From NCBI GenBank assembly GCA_963707505.1, contig CAVPQB010000004.1, forward strand, positions 256,001 to 320,000: a stretch of DNA of 64,000 bases, written 5' to 3'. The translations under genes and the position numbers were made by a program. Positions 50,526 through 59,823 of the stretch are shown one piece after another. The DNA is from an uncultured Gemmatimonadales bacterium (lineage in GTDB: Bacteria; Gemmatimonadota; Gemmatimonadetes; Gemmatimonadales; Gemmatimonadaceae). Within the stretch, counting starts at the first letter, position 1, and every line of letters begins with the position of its first letter. The notes beneath the pieces are model-generated. The model saw only the letters and a program-made list of their open reading frames with translations. It was not told the DNA's origin and did not search any database.

Positions 50526-51738
50526 TCGGCGCACGAGCGCCGTTCTCTCATTGAATGCGCGGACGGGAATTGGGTTGATCGTTGGATTCGCGCTGGTGTC
50601 GCTCGCCGCCTGCGGCGAGCCAGCGCGATCTGCAACCACCAGTGAGTCTGCCTCTGCATCGGCGCCAGCCGCTCGCACTCACGATGCTGCGGCCGCGAAG
50701 GATTCGGTGCTGCATCCTGATACCGCTCCGACTCCCGTCACATACGTGTCGCATCCGGATACGTTGCGCGGGCTGTATGTCAATCGCTGGGCGGCACTCG
50801 GCAACAGCATGTGGAAGTTGATCGACATCGCGAAGCGCACCGAGATCAACGCGCTCGTCATAGACGTAAAGGACGATCGCGGCCTTGTGCTGTACAAGTC
50901 GCGCGTGCCGCTCGCGCAGAAGATCGGCGCGGATACCAACCGGCCGATGTCACAGCGCCGCCTGACCGCGCTGTTCGACTCGCTGCGCGCGAACAACATC
51001 TATCCGATCGCTCGTATCGTAGTCGCGAAAGATCCGCTACTCGCCGGCCAGAAACTGGAGTGGGCGATCAAGCGCCGCGCCGACGGCAAGCCGTGGCTCG
51101 ACAAGAACGGACATCCGTGGCTCGATCCGACGCAGCCCGCTGTGTGGCAATATGCGATCGATCTCGCGCGCGAGGCGCACGACGTTGGTTTCAGTGAAGT
51201 GCAGTTCGACTATGTGCGTTTTCCCGATGACGATCGCATGGTGCGCGAGGCGTCATTTCCACTCGCACATGGTCGCACGCGCGCGCAGGTGATTCACGAT
51301 CAGCTCGGCGTCGTGCGCGATTCACTCAAAGCGGATAACATGCCGATGACGATCGATGTCTTCGGACTTACCGCGACCGATACGACCGACATGGGAATCG
51401 GGCAACGGTGGGAAATGTTCATCGATCGCGCCGATGTAGTCCTTCCAATGGTCTATCCCTCTCACTTCGCGCCCGGCACATACGGGCTCGGCAGCCCGAA
51501 TGCGCATCCATACGCGACTATCGATCGCGCGCTCAAGGACATGAAGCGACGAACGGCTGGACTGAAGAGCGCAGCCGCGATAGTGCCCTGGTACCAGGAC
51601 TTCACACTCGGGCCGCCCGCGTATGGCGCATCGCAAGTCAGAGCCCAGATCAAGGCCGGTTACGACAACGGCTTCCATAGCTGGATCCTCTGGAATCCCG
51701 GCAGCAAATATCATACTGACGCGCTCGAGGCGAGGTAG
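50515..51738 (+). CDS. Putative glycoside hydrolase lipoprotein (DUF4015-like)
   Basis: LAAC lipobox, NALVIDVKDD, IARIVV.KD, QFDYVRFP, PMVYPSH and WILWNP. Confidence 0.82.
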   Translation: MIADRRTSAVLSLNARTGIGLIVGFALVSLAACGEPARSATTSESASASAPAARTHDAAAAKDSVLHPDTAPTPVTYVSHPDTLRGLYVNRWAALGNSMWKLIDIAKRTEINALVIDVKDDRGLVLYKSRVPLAQKIGADTNRPMSQRRLTALFDSLRANNIYPIARIVVAKDPLLAGQKLEWAIKRRADGKPWLDKNGHPWLDPTQPAVWQYAIDLAREAHDVGFSEVQFDYVRFPDDDRMVREASFPLAHGRTRAQVIHDQLGVVRDSLKADNMPMTIDVFGLTATDTTDMGIGQRWEMFIDRADVVLPMVYPSHFAPGTYGLGSPNAHPYATIDRALKDMKRRTAGLKSAAAIVPWYQDFTLGPPAYGASQVRAQIKAGYDNGFHSWILWNPGSKYHTDALEAR

Positions 51739-51904
51739 TCTTAAATCTCTAAGTCGTTGTGAATAAAGAACATAGCATGCTACCCCCTGGCATTTGCTGG
51801 AAAAGGCGCTATTATTGCCGCGCGGGACGCATATGGGCGCTAACCGGCCGGAACGTTCGAGGCGCGGATGCATCTGCCCCTCAAACCCCAAATCGTGAGC
51901 GCGT

Positions 51905-53038
51905 ATGGCCGAGCTGACGTCCGCTGCCCCGGAAGCCGAAACCGGTTCGACTGAACCAACCGAGCCGTCGATCGAGTTTCCACTCGATTGGCTTCTCGAT
52001 CATGCCGCACCGCCGATCCAGTATCGCGCGTTCGTCGACGTCGCGCGACTTCCCCCAGGGCCAAAGCTCGAAACGCTGTCACTAGCGTCGCCGTACGCCA
52101 TCAAGGTCGCGGTTACGCAATCGCTGGACGGAACGTGGAGCGAGCGGATGCTCACACTTCCCAAAGCCGGCAAGGATGGGGTGCAGGGACTCGGCACCAT
52201 CCCGGCGGTCGAGCGCCTGCTGGAATACGGATGGCATCGCGATTCTCCACCACTGGCGCAAGCTCGGCGACCACTCTTTCGTCTTCTGGCAGAAGACACC
52301 GATCCGCGCTTTCTGTACGAGCTGCGTGCGAGCGCGAAGGTGCCCGACATAGCGCTGCGTGGTCGCCAGATTCTGCGTGAGGCGTCGTCCGCTGCGCTTG
52401 CGCACGCCGGCTACGAAGCAGATCCGCGTCTTCGCGGCTCCGCACGTCGCGCGATGGAGCGCATCGATGCGTACCTCGACTCGGCGCTCGCGGATAAGCC
52501 GTGGGTCCGGATCGGAAACCGCCACGTTCTGGCGGAGAGTGCGTCGCCACCTTCGATATATGCGCTGATGATGGTCGCACACATGCCCATCTTCCGAAGC
52601 GAGCACTATCCGGAGATGGAGCGGCTCTACGCGTATCTGTCGCAGCCCAAGCCGACGCAGGAAGCTGTGCAGATGTACGGTAAGGAGATCGTCACGCAGC
52701 CGCATCTTGTGATGGGTGATCTTCTGCACAACAAGAACGTCGTCGACGCAGACATTCCTTTCGCCCTGACGTGGCTCGAGATCATGGCGCGACTTGGCTT
52801 TCTCAAGCGGAACGAAACCTGGCTCAAGCTGTTCGAGCGTTTCGTTGACGACTGCGGGCGGGATCGCGTATGGCGGCCGCACAACAAGGGGACGACTGGA
52901 CCAACCACTACCAATCCGTACGCGTGGCCCAAGTTCCCACTCGAGACGAATCTCGAGGGAGATGGGCGTTGGACCGACGTGACGTTCCGGATCGGTCTCA
53001 TCGCACGACTTCTGGGTTGGCAGATCAAGCTGGTCTGA
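51905..53038 (+). CDS. Hypothetical protein (possibly prenyltransferase/alpha-alpha-barrel-like)
   Basis: Long ORF with WLL..A.PPIQYR, QSLDGTW and the C-terminal RWTDVT. No confident family. Confidence 0.65.
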   Translation: MAELTSAAPEAETGSTEPTEPSIEFPLDWLLDHAAPPIQYRAFVDVARLPPGPKLETLSLASPYAIKVAVTQSLDGTWSERMLTLPKAGKDGVQGLGTIPAVERLLEYGWHRDSPPLAQARRPLFRLLAEDTDPRFLYELRASAKVPDIALRGRQILREASSAALAHAGYEADPRLRGSARRAMERIDAYLDSALADKPWVRIGNRHVLAESASPPSIYALMMVAHMPIFRSEHYPEMERLYAYLSQPKPTQEAVQMYGKEIVTQPHLVMGDLLHNKNVVDADIPFALTWLEIMARLGFLKRNETWLKLFERFVDDCGRDRVWRPHNKGTTGPTTTNPYAWPKFPLETNLEGDGRWTDVTFRIGLIARLLGWQIKLV

Positions 53039-53064
53039 TCCCGGGGAGAATCCCGCCGGAGAAA

Positions 53065-53928
53065 ATGTTTCCGGCGGGTGATTCACGCTTCACCACCTCA
53101 TACCACACGCTCCCACTGAAAACCGGAGCGACGACGGTTCGCGTGATCGAGACTGGCGACGCGAGCGCGGAGCGTGTAGTCGTGTGCGTGCACGGATGGG
53201 CATGCTCTGTCTATTCGTTTCGCAGGCTGATGCCACTGTTGGCTGGTGCCGGATTGCGCACAATCGCGATCGATCTGCCGGGGCACGGCCTTTCGGACAA
53301 GCCCGGGGACGCGCGTGTGTACACGCTCGACGCGCAGGTCGAATGCGTCCTGTCGGCGATGGATTCGCTGGGAATCGCGCGCGCAATACTTGTCGGGCAT
53401 TCGATGGGCGGCCCAATCTGCGCGCGAGCGGCAGTGCTCGCGCCGGATCGCGTTACTGGCCTGGCGCTGCTCGCACCGGCCGGATTCGGCACGGAGTGGG
53501 AGCTCAGGATTCTCCGCGCAATCACGCCGCGCCTTGTCGCGCCGGCATTACCGCGGCTGTTGCACAGAGGGATGATCGCGGCGGTTTTCGCGGTGGTCTA
53601 TGGGAGTCTCTATCGGCCGACCGCGCACGATGTCGATGAGTACTGGGCGCCGAGCCAGTTCCCGGGGTTCGTGCCCGCCATGTGGGATCTGCTGCACCGT
53701 TTCGAGTGGAGCGCCGGAACCGACTGCGGCTTTGGGACCATTTCTGCACCAACGGCGATAATGGATGGCCGGCGCGACAATCTGGTGATCCGGAGATGGG
53801 TACGACGCTACGTGGAGGTGCTGCCGCACGCCTCTCTGACAGTGATCGACGGTTGCGGCCATGTGGTGCCAGAGGAAGCCCCGGACCTGGTAACTCAAGC
53901 AATCAAGGGGCTGATTGGTTATATTTAG
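53065..53928 (+). CDS. Alpha/beta hydrolase
   Basis: VHGW, DLPGHGLS, GHSMGG nucleophile elbow and GHVVPEE. Confidence 0.92.
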   Translation: MFPAGDSRFTTSYHTLPLKTGATTVRVIETGDASAERVVVCVHGWACSVYSFRRLMPLLAGAGLRTIAIDLPGHGLSDKPGDARVYTLDAQVECVLSAMDSLGIARAILVGHSMGGPICARAAVLAPDRVTGLALLAPAGFGTEWELRILRAITPRLVAPALPRLLHRGMIAAVFAVVYGSLYRPTAHDVDEYWAPSQFPGFVPAMWDLLHRFEWSAGTDCGFGTISAPTAIMDGRRDNLVIRRWVRRYVEVLPHASLTVIDGCGHVVPEEAPDLVTQAIKGLIGYI

Positions 53929-53935
53929 TATCAAA

Positions 53936-55102
53936 ATGAGTTTAGAGACGAAGTTGGAGGAGACCGCCCTCACATTCGCGGACCTCGGGTTGAACCCCGA
54001 TGTTCTGCAAGCGGTTCAGGACGCTGGATATGTACATCCGACCCCAATCCAGGCCCAGGCAATCCCGCTGGCGCTAGAAGGCAGAGATCTCATAGGCCTC
54101 GCCCAGACGGGAACAGGGAAGACTGCGGCATTCGCGCTCCCAATCTTGAATCAGCTGACGGGTGGCCCGCATCGAGCCAGGGCGCTGATTCTGACCCCGA
54201 CCCGCGAGCTGTGCGTGCAGGTGGAAGAAAACTTCCGAAAGTACGCCGAGCGCTCGGGCCTCAAGACGCTGGCTGTTTATGGCGGTGTGGCGCTCGAACC
54301 CCAGACCAAGGCGTTGAGGAAGGGCATCGACATAGTGATCGCTACACCGGGCCGACTGCTCGACCATCTCGAGCGTCAGAACGTCGTGTTCGACGATCTG
54401 GAGATTCTGGTACTGGACGAAGCGGATCGCATGCTGGACATGGGTTTCGCCCCGCAGATCAACCGAGTGGTTGCCGAGATCCCGAAGTACCGGCAGACGA
54501 TGCTATTCAGCGCGACGATGCCGCCTGAGGTCGAGGCGCTTTCGCGGAAGTATCTGCGCAAGCCGCACGTGATCCAGGTTGGACGGCGCTCGATGGCCGC
54601 GATCGGCGTCACGCACGCTGTCTATCCCGTTCCGCGCATACGGAAGACCCAATTGTTGACCGAGCTGCTCAAGAACAAGGAGATGGACTCGGTTCTGATC
54701 TTCACGCGCACCAAGCATGGCGCCGACCGCGTCGTGCGTGATCTGCGTCAGGCCGGCATCCAGGCCACCGCGATGCACGGCGACAAGACGCAGAAGGAAC
54801 GCACGCGTGCGCTGGACGACTTCAAGGACGGTACGATGCGCGTTCTGGTCGCGACCGACGTGGCCCAGCGCGGACTGGATGTATCGGGCATCACCCACGT
54901 GATCAACTTCGACGTTCCGCAGGAGCCCGAAGATTACGTGCATCGCATCGGCCGTACCGGCCGCGCCGAGTCGAGTGGCGACGCATATACGTTGATGTCG
55001 CCGGACGAGATTGCGATGGTCCGTACCATCGAGCGTGTGATCGGGCAGGAAATCCCCCGCATCTCCGTTCCCGGCTACGACTTCGGTACCACCGCCGCGT
55101 AG
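53936..55102 (+). CDS. DEAD-box RNA helicase (RhlE-like core)
   Basis: Q motif, AQTGTGKT, PTREL, DEAD, SAT and HRIGRTGR. Confidence 0.96.
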   Translation: MSLETKLEETALTFADLGLNPDVLQAVQDAGYVHPTPIQAQAIPLALEGRDLIGLAQTGTGKTAAFALPILNQLTGGPHRARALILTPTRELCVQVEENFRKYAERSGLKTLAVYGGVALEPQTKALRKGIDIVIATPGRLLDHLERQNVVFDDLEILVLDEADRMLDMGFAPQINRVVAEIPKYRQTMLFSATMPPEVEALSRKYLRKPHVIQVGRRSMAAIGVTHAVYPVPRIRKTQLLTELLKNKEMDSVLIFTRTKHGADRVVRDLRQAGIQATAMHGDKTQKERTRALDDFKDGTMRVLVATDVAQRGLDVSGITHVINFDVPQEPEDYVHRIGRTGRAESSGDAYTLMSPDEIAMVRTIERVIGQEIPRISVPGYDFGTTAA

Positions 55103-55127
55103 ACTCGTAGCAGGGAAACCACCAGAG

Positions 55128-55219
55128 CGTCATCTCCGCGAACGTGTCCTGGGATATCCGTCATTCCCGCGAAAGCGGGGATGACGACTCTTTGAGTTTC
55201 CGCCTTCGCGGAAGTGCCG
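55128..55219. repeat. Cluster of CGTC-type REP copies
   Basis: Full CGTCATTCCCGCGAAAGCGGGGATGACG at 55159..55186. Degenerate copies at 55128..55142 and about 55197..55219. Lies between convergent genes. Confidence 0.85.
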
Positions 55220-55230
55220 CCGGCTCTGCG

Positions 55231-55698
55231 TCATCGTCGCACGCGTCCGAGCCTCGAGACGGTGACCGTTTCCGCGGCTGAGCCGCGGGTGACTATAAGG
55301 GTGAGATTTGAAACACCGAATCCCATCCCGAGCTGCGAATAAACCACAGGCGAGCGGCTTGGCGCGAACCGAACGCCGTGTATCGCCCTTTCGTCTCGTC
55401 GGCGAATCGTATCCACGCCTGCCCTCAACGTGAGCCGCGCGGGGGCTGAATCGATGTCGACGCTCACGCGTTCGCCGCGCGTCATGGCGAGATGTCGAGC
55501 CAGCTCGAGAAGCGCAGTGGCATCGGAGGCAGCGTTGCTCACCGCGATCCGGTCGAGTGCGTAGCGGGTCCTCGGTATTGCGACACCCGTAAGAACGCCT
55601 ATAATCGTCACCACCAGAAGCAGCTCGAGAATCGTAAATCCGAATTTCCGGCTCGACGCTCGGTGGGAATGATGCGTGCAGTATGATAAACGGCGCAT
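55231..55698 (-). CDS. Orphan FimT/GspH-like minor pilin
   Basis: Prepilin site G|FTILELLLVV, LELAR..A.TRG and C-terminal SRLGRVRR. Confidence 0.85.
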   Translation of the reverse strand: MRRLSYCTHHSHRASSRKFGFTILELLLVVTIIGVLTGVAIPRTRYALDRIAVSNAASDATALLELARHLAMTRGERVSVDIDSAPARLTLRAGVDTIRRRDERAIHGVRFAPSRSPVVYSQLGMGFGVSNLTLIVTRGSAAETVTVSRLGRVRR

Positions 55699-55776
55699 GA
55701 GACACTGTAGCATGAGCAACAGTTTGCGGTTGAATCGTGTCTCAGTGCGTAGTATCAAACCGTTGCGGAGCAACAA

Positions 55777-58074
55777 ATGGCTATCATCCCTCGGCTCGCG
55801 ATCCTCGCCTGCGCCGCTGCATTCGGCTGCGCGGGGCGCTCGGCGCCCACACCATCACCTGCGCCGGCGGTTCCTGGCGAAGTCCCTCAACCAACCCCGC
55901 CGACGATAATTCCGAACGTGCGGCTGGTGAGTGACACCAACGCTGTGCCGCCGTTCTCGGATACTGCGCTGATCAAGTGGGGACCGGAGCCTGAAGGCAC
56001 GGTACACACACTTCCACCGCACGAATACGATCTACAGCACCAGTCTCTCCGAGTGAGATTCGACTGGTCGCGTCACGCGGTTGTTGGAAGCACGACACTA
56101 CGCATCGCGGCTCTCGATCATCCCATTACCGACGTACCGCTCAACGCCGTCGGTATGACGATTCGCCGAGTCGCTACGGGATCCGCGCCGCTCAAGTTCG
56201 ATTACGACGGCGAGATGCTGATCGTTCATCTACGCCGTCCGCTGGCGGCGCGTGCGAGAACGTCCTTCACGATCGACTACGAAGCTCTCAAGCCAAAGAA
56301 GGGCGCGTATTTCATCGACAGAAATCACTACATGTGGACCCAGGGCGAGGCGCAGGACAACCGGTACTGGATTCCGACATACGATCATCCTGACGATAAG
56401 ACGACGTGGGAGATCTCTGTCACCACGGATCCGGGTGAGAGCGCGCTGTCCAATGGCAAGCTCGTGAGCAAGCGCGCAGTGAAGGGCGGCACGTTGTGGA
56501 ACTGGTCACAGGAGCGGCCCGCATCCACGTATCTGATGAGCGTCGTGACTGGCAAGTACACCGTGGTGCGCGACCACTGGCATGACGTGCCGGTCGAGTA
56601 CTGGACGTATCCGGATTCGGTCGAGGCGGCGAAGCGCGGATTCGGGAAGACTCCGGATGCGATCGACGTATTCTCGCGCAAGACTGGAATTCCGTATCCG
56701 TGGGCAAAATATGCGCAGAGCGTGGTGCCGGATTTCATTTTCGGCGGCATGGAGAACGTGAGCGCGACCACGCAGAATGACGACGGCATGCTGCATCCGG
56801 CGTGGGCCGAGCCGCAGTTCAATGCTGACGGGTTGATGTCGCACGAGCTGGGGCACCAGTGGTTCGGCGATCTGCTCACGACGCGGGAATGGTCCCATGC
56901 GTGGCTCAATGAGGGGTTCGCGACCTTCATGGAGCAGACGTATCGCGAAGCGTCTCGTGGTGTCGATGAAGGGATGTGGGACAGGATGGAAGCAGAGCAG
57001 GAGACCATCGACGCAGATCGCCGAAATCGCCGGCCCATCGTGTACGACAGGTACGTCAAGGATCCGCTCGAGGTCTTCTTCAGCGGCCACATCTATCCCA
57101 AGGGTGCGACCGTGCTGCAGATGTTGCGGCACCAGCTCGGCGACTCCGTATTCTGGGCGGCCATGCATCATTACGCGCAGTCGCACATGTATCAGAACGT
57201 GGTGACGGACGATCTGAGGCGTGCGTTCGAGGAGAGCACCGGCCGCGATTACAAGACGTTCTTCGACCGGTGGGTGTATGGCGCCGGATTTCCCGTCTTC
57301 AAGGTCTCAGCGTCATACGACAGCTCTGCGAGACGATTGTCGCTGCACGCGGACGAGATCCAGCCACGCGACTCGCTGACCGGCTATTTCGATGCCGACG
57401 TGGACGTGGAAGTGCTGACTGATGGAGCGCCGGTGCATGGCACGATGTCCGTGCGAAACGGGAAGGGTGATCTCGCGCTGGCGCTATCGTCTGCGCCTCG
57501 CGCGATCGAGTGGAACAAGGGCTCGTGGGTTCTCTCGTTGACGGATTTTCCGCGATCCACCGCCATGCTGGACTATCAGCTGGCGCACGGCGACGACGTC
57601 GCGGCGCGGGACGAGGCTATCACCTTGCTCTCTGCTCGGAAGGGCGATGCCGCCGCCGCTCGCGCCATCGCAACGGCCGCCGCGGACGATCCGTTCATCG
57701 GATTGCGCGGGCGTGCCGTAGCTGGGCTCGCCGCCTTCCCGAACGATTCGGTGGCACGCGCGGCGGTGTTCATCGCGGCACATGATACCGCATCGCGCGT
57801 TCGCCAGATTGCGATGGAATCGCTTGCAAGCTTTCCAGGCGCCGACACCGATTCATTGCTGGCGAGTGTGGCGCGTGCCGATGCGTCGCCCATCGTGCGC
57901 GGAACCGCATTAGCTTCCTACATAAAGGTCGCTGGTGACGCCGCGCTGCCGTTGGCGCGAGAGGTGATGGCGGAGACCTCGTGGCGCAACGTGTTGCGCG
58001 CACCGGCGATGAACGTCTTGAAGGGGACGCACAGCGAAGCGGCGCGCGCGCTTTACCAGAAATACGCTAAGTAG
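55777..58074 (+). CDS. M1 family aminopeptidase lipoprotein with C-terminal HEAT repeats
   Basis: AFGC lipobox, GGMEN, HELGH-x18-E (WLNEG) and IYPKG. Confidence 0.93.
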   Translation: MAIIPRLAILACAAAFGCAGRSAPTPSPAPAVPGEVPQPTPPTIIPNVRLVSDTNAVPPFSDTALIKWGPEPEGTVHTLPPHEYDLQHQSLRVRFDWSRHAVVGSTTLRIAALDHPITDVPLNAVGMTIRRVATGSAPLKFDYDGEMLIVHLRRPLAARARTSFTIDYEALKPKKGAYFIDRNHYMWTQGEAQDNRYWIPTYDHPDDKTTWEISVTTDPGESALSNGKLVSKRAVKGGTLWNWSQERPASTYLMSVVTGKYTVVRDHWHDVPVEYWTYPDSVEAAKRGFGKTPDAIDVFSRKTGIPYPWAKYAQSVVPDFIFGGMENVSATTQNDDGMLHPAWAEPQFNADGLMSHELGHQWFGDLLTTREWSHAWLNEGFATFMEQTYREASRGVDEGMWDRMEAEQETIDADRRNRRPIVYDRYVKDPLEVFFSGHIYPKGATVLQMLRHQLGDSVFWAAMHHYAQSHMYQNVVTDDLRRAFEESTGRDYKTFFDRWVYGAGFPVFKVSASYDSSARRLSLHADEIQPRDSLTGYFDADVDVEVLTDGAPVHGTMSVRNGKGDLALALSSAPRAIEWNKGSWVLSLTDFPRSTAMLDYQLAHGDDVAARDEAITLLSARKGDAAAARAIATAAADDPFIGLRGRAVAGLAAFPNDSVARAAVFIAAHDTASRVRQIAMESLASFPGADTDSLLASVARADASPIVRGTALASYIKVAGDAALPLAREVMAETSWRNVLRAPAMNVLKGTHSEAARALYQKYAK

Positions 58075-58160
58075 CGAAACGGCGCGCGCGCTCGACAGGC
58101 TGATCCCACGCATGATGATATGCACAATCGAGACATCGTGAATCTGCTAGAAAGGCAAAA

Positions 58161-59240
58161 GTGAGAATCGCTCTTTCCACCGGCGGCGGCGATGCGCCGG
58201 GCCTGAACGCGGTCATCCGCGCGGCGGTTCTTGGCGCGCTCGACCGCGGCTGGGATGTGCTCGGCGTCACGAAAGGTTACGCCGGACTGCTCGGCGAGGA
58301 GGATGTCGTCCCTCTGACTCGCGCGACTGTCCGCGGCATCGGGCACCTCGGCGGCACCATCCTCCGCACCACCAATCGCGGCAATCCGTTTTCATATCCG
58401 GTGCTCCAGAGCGACGGAAGCTACATGATCGTCGACCGATCGGACGAGCTGATCGCGCGCGCATCCGAGCTCGGAATCGAGGCTCTCATCTCGATTGGCG
58501 GCGATGGCTCGCTCTCGATTGCACAGCAGCTATCGAGCAAGGGAATGCGAGTGGTCGGCGTCCCCAAGACGATCGATAACGACGTGAGCGGAACAATCAC
58601 GACGTTCGGCTTCGATACTGCGGTCCAGACCGCGCTGGAAGCGATCGACAAACTGCACACGACGGCCGAATCGCACGACCGGGTTTTCGTGCTGGAAGTA
58701 ATGGGGCGCGACACCGGATTCATCGCGCTGCACGCCGGTCTGGCAGGATCGGCGGATGTGATTCTGATTCCGGAAATCCCTTATGATCCGGATCGCGTGT
58801 GCGAGAAGATCGTGTCACGCAGTCTTGGCGGACGTCATTTCTCGATCGTCGTCATGGCCGAAGGAGCACATGAGGCGGGACGTGAAGCGGGTGTACTCGG
58901 TGCTTCAATGCCCGGCCAGGCAGTGCGCGTCGGCGGAGTTGCCGCGCAACTTGCGGAACTGATTCAGGAGCGCACGGGTAAGGAGTCACGCTCGATGGTG
59001 CTGGGCCACCTGCAGCGTGGCGGACAACCGACGGGATACGACAGATTGCTCGCTACAAGATTTGGTGGCGCCGCGGTTCGCGCAGTTGCGGATGCAAAGT
59101 GGGGCCACATGGTAGCGCTACAATCGCCGCACATCGTTACCATTCCGATTGAAGAGGCGCTACGCGAGCAGAAGCGCGTGGATCCAAATCATGATACAGT
59201 GTTGACCGCTCGGGCCACCGGGGTCTCGTTCGGCGACTGA
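58161..59240 (+). CDS. pfkA: 6-phosphofructokinase
   Basis: TGGGDAPGLN, GGDGS, PKTIDND, EVMGR and LGHLQRGG. Confidence 0.95.
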   Translation: MRIALSTGGGDAPGLNAVIRAAVLGALDRGWDVLGVTKGYAGLLGEEDVVPLTRATVRGIGHLGGTILRTTNRGNPFSYPVLQSDGSYMIVDRSDELIARASELGIEALISIGGDGSLSIAQQLSSKGMRVVGVPKTIDNDVSGTITTFGFDTAVQTALEAIDKLHTTAESHDRVFVLEVMGRDTGFIALHAGLAGSADVILIPEIPYDPDRVCEKIVSRSLGGRHFSIVVMAEGAHEAGREAGVLGASMPGQAVRVGGVAAQLAELIQERTGKESRSMVLGHLQRGGQPTGYDRLLATRFGGAAVRAVADAKWGHMVALQSPHIVTIPIEEALREQKRVDPNHDTVLTARATGVSFGD

Positions 59241-59242
59241 AG

Positions 59243-59270
59243 CCGCGGCGCGCCATATGGCGCGCCGCGG
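59243..59270. repeat. Perfect 28-bp palindrome immediately after pfkA
   Basis: CCGCGGCGCGCCATATGGCGCGCCGCGG is its own reverse complement. Confidence 0.85.
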
Positions 59271-59436
59271 TGGGGATCGAAGTGCCGGTGCCGCGATCGC
59301 GGCGCCACAGCCTGCCATGCAGCGTGGAATCAGGACAGGCTGCCGCGGCCGCTCCCAATCGACCCCTGACCAGCCAAAACCGGCCGCGAAACGCAAGTTT
59401 GTAGCCAACCGCGGTATCCCGTCATATATTCCAAGG

Positions 59437-59760
59437 ATGACTCGGCTGAACCTCGCACGGCTGGCTGTGGTGGGTACACTCATCACCTTCGCCCTTCCGC
59501 TCGCTTCCCGCGCGGAAGAGCCGGGCCCGGTCACGCTCAAGACGCCGTCCGATACGCTGACCAAACTGGACAAGGCCAAAGGTGACCGCGCAGCCCCGGC
59601 ACCCAAGAAGAAATTGAAGGGACGCCAGGTGGTTCCAGTTCAGCCGCGCTCGACATACGGCCCCGATCAGCCCTGGGAAACCGAGTTCTACGTCGAGAAT
59701 GACATCGCAGGCCAGCGTGAGATTCAGCTTGCGCTCGCTTCCTTCGTCCGGCATCGGTAA
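59437..59760 (+). CDS. Small secreted hypothetical protein
   Basis: Signal peptide (SRA|E), followed by a terminator. Confidence 0.6.
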   Translation: MTRLNLARLAVVGTLITFALPLASRAEEPGPVTLKTPSDTLTKLDKAKGDRAAPAPKKKLKGRQVVPVQPRSTYGPDQPWETEFYVENDIAGQREIQLALASFVRHR

Positions 59761-59784
59761 TCCAGCCAGTCGCATCAGCCACGG

Positions 59785-59808
59785 GGACCCGATAGGGTCC
59801 TTTTTTTT
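59785..59808 (+). terminator. Intrinsic terminator
   Basis: GGACCC-GATA-GGGTCC followed by T8. Confidence 0.8.
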
Positions 59809-59823
59809 GACAGGAATCGCAAC

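Noticed and set aside
53051..53085. Hairpin TCCCGCCGGA...TCCGGCGGG as a REP or terminator
   Set aside because: It differs in sequence from the CGTC family, overlaps the hydrolase start, has no U-tract and occurs once.
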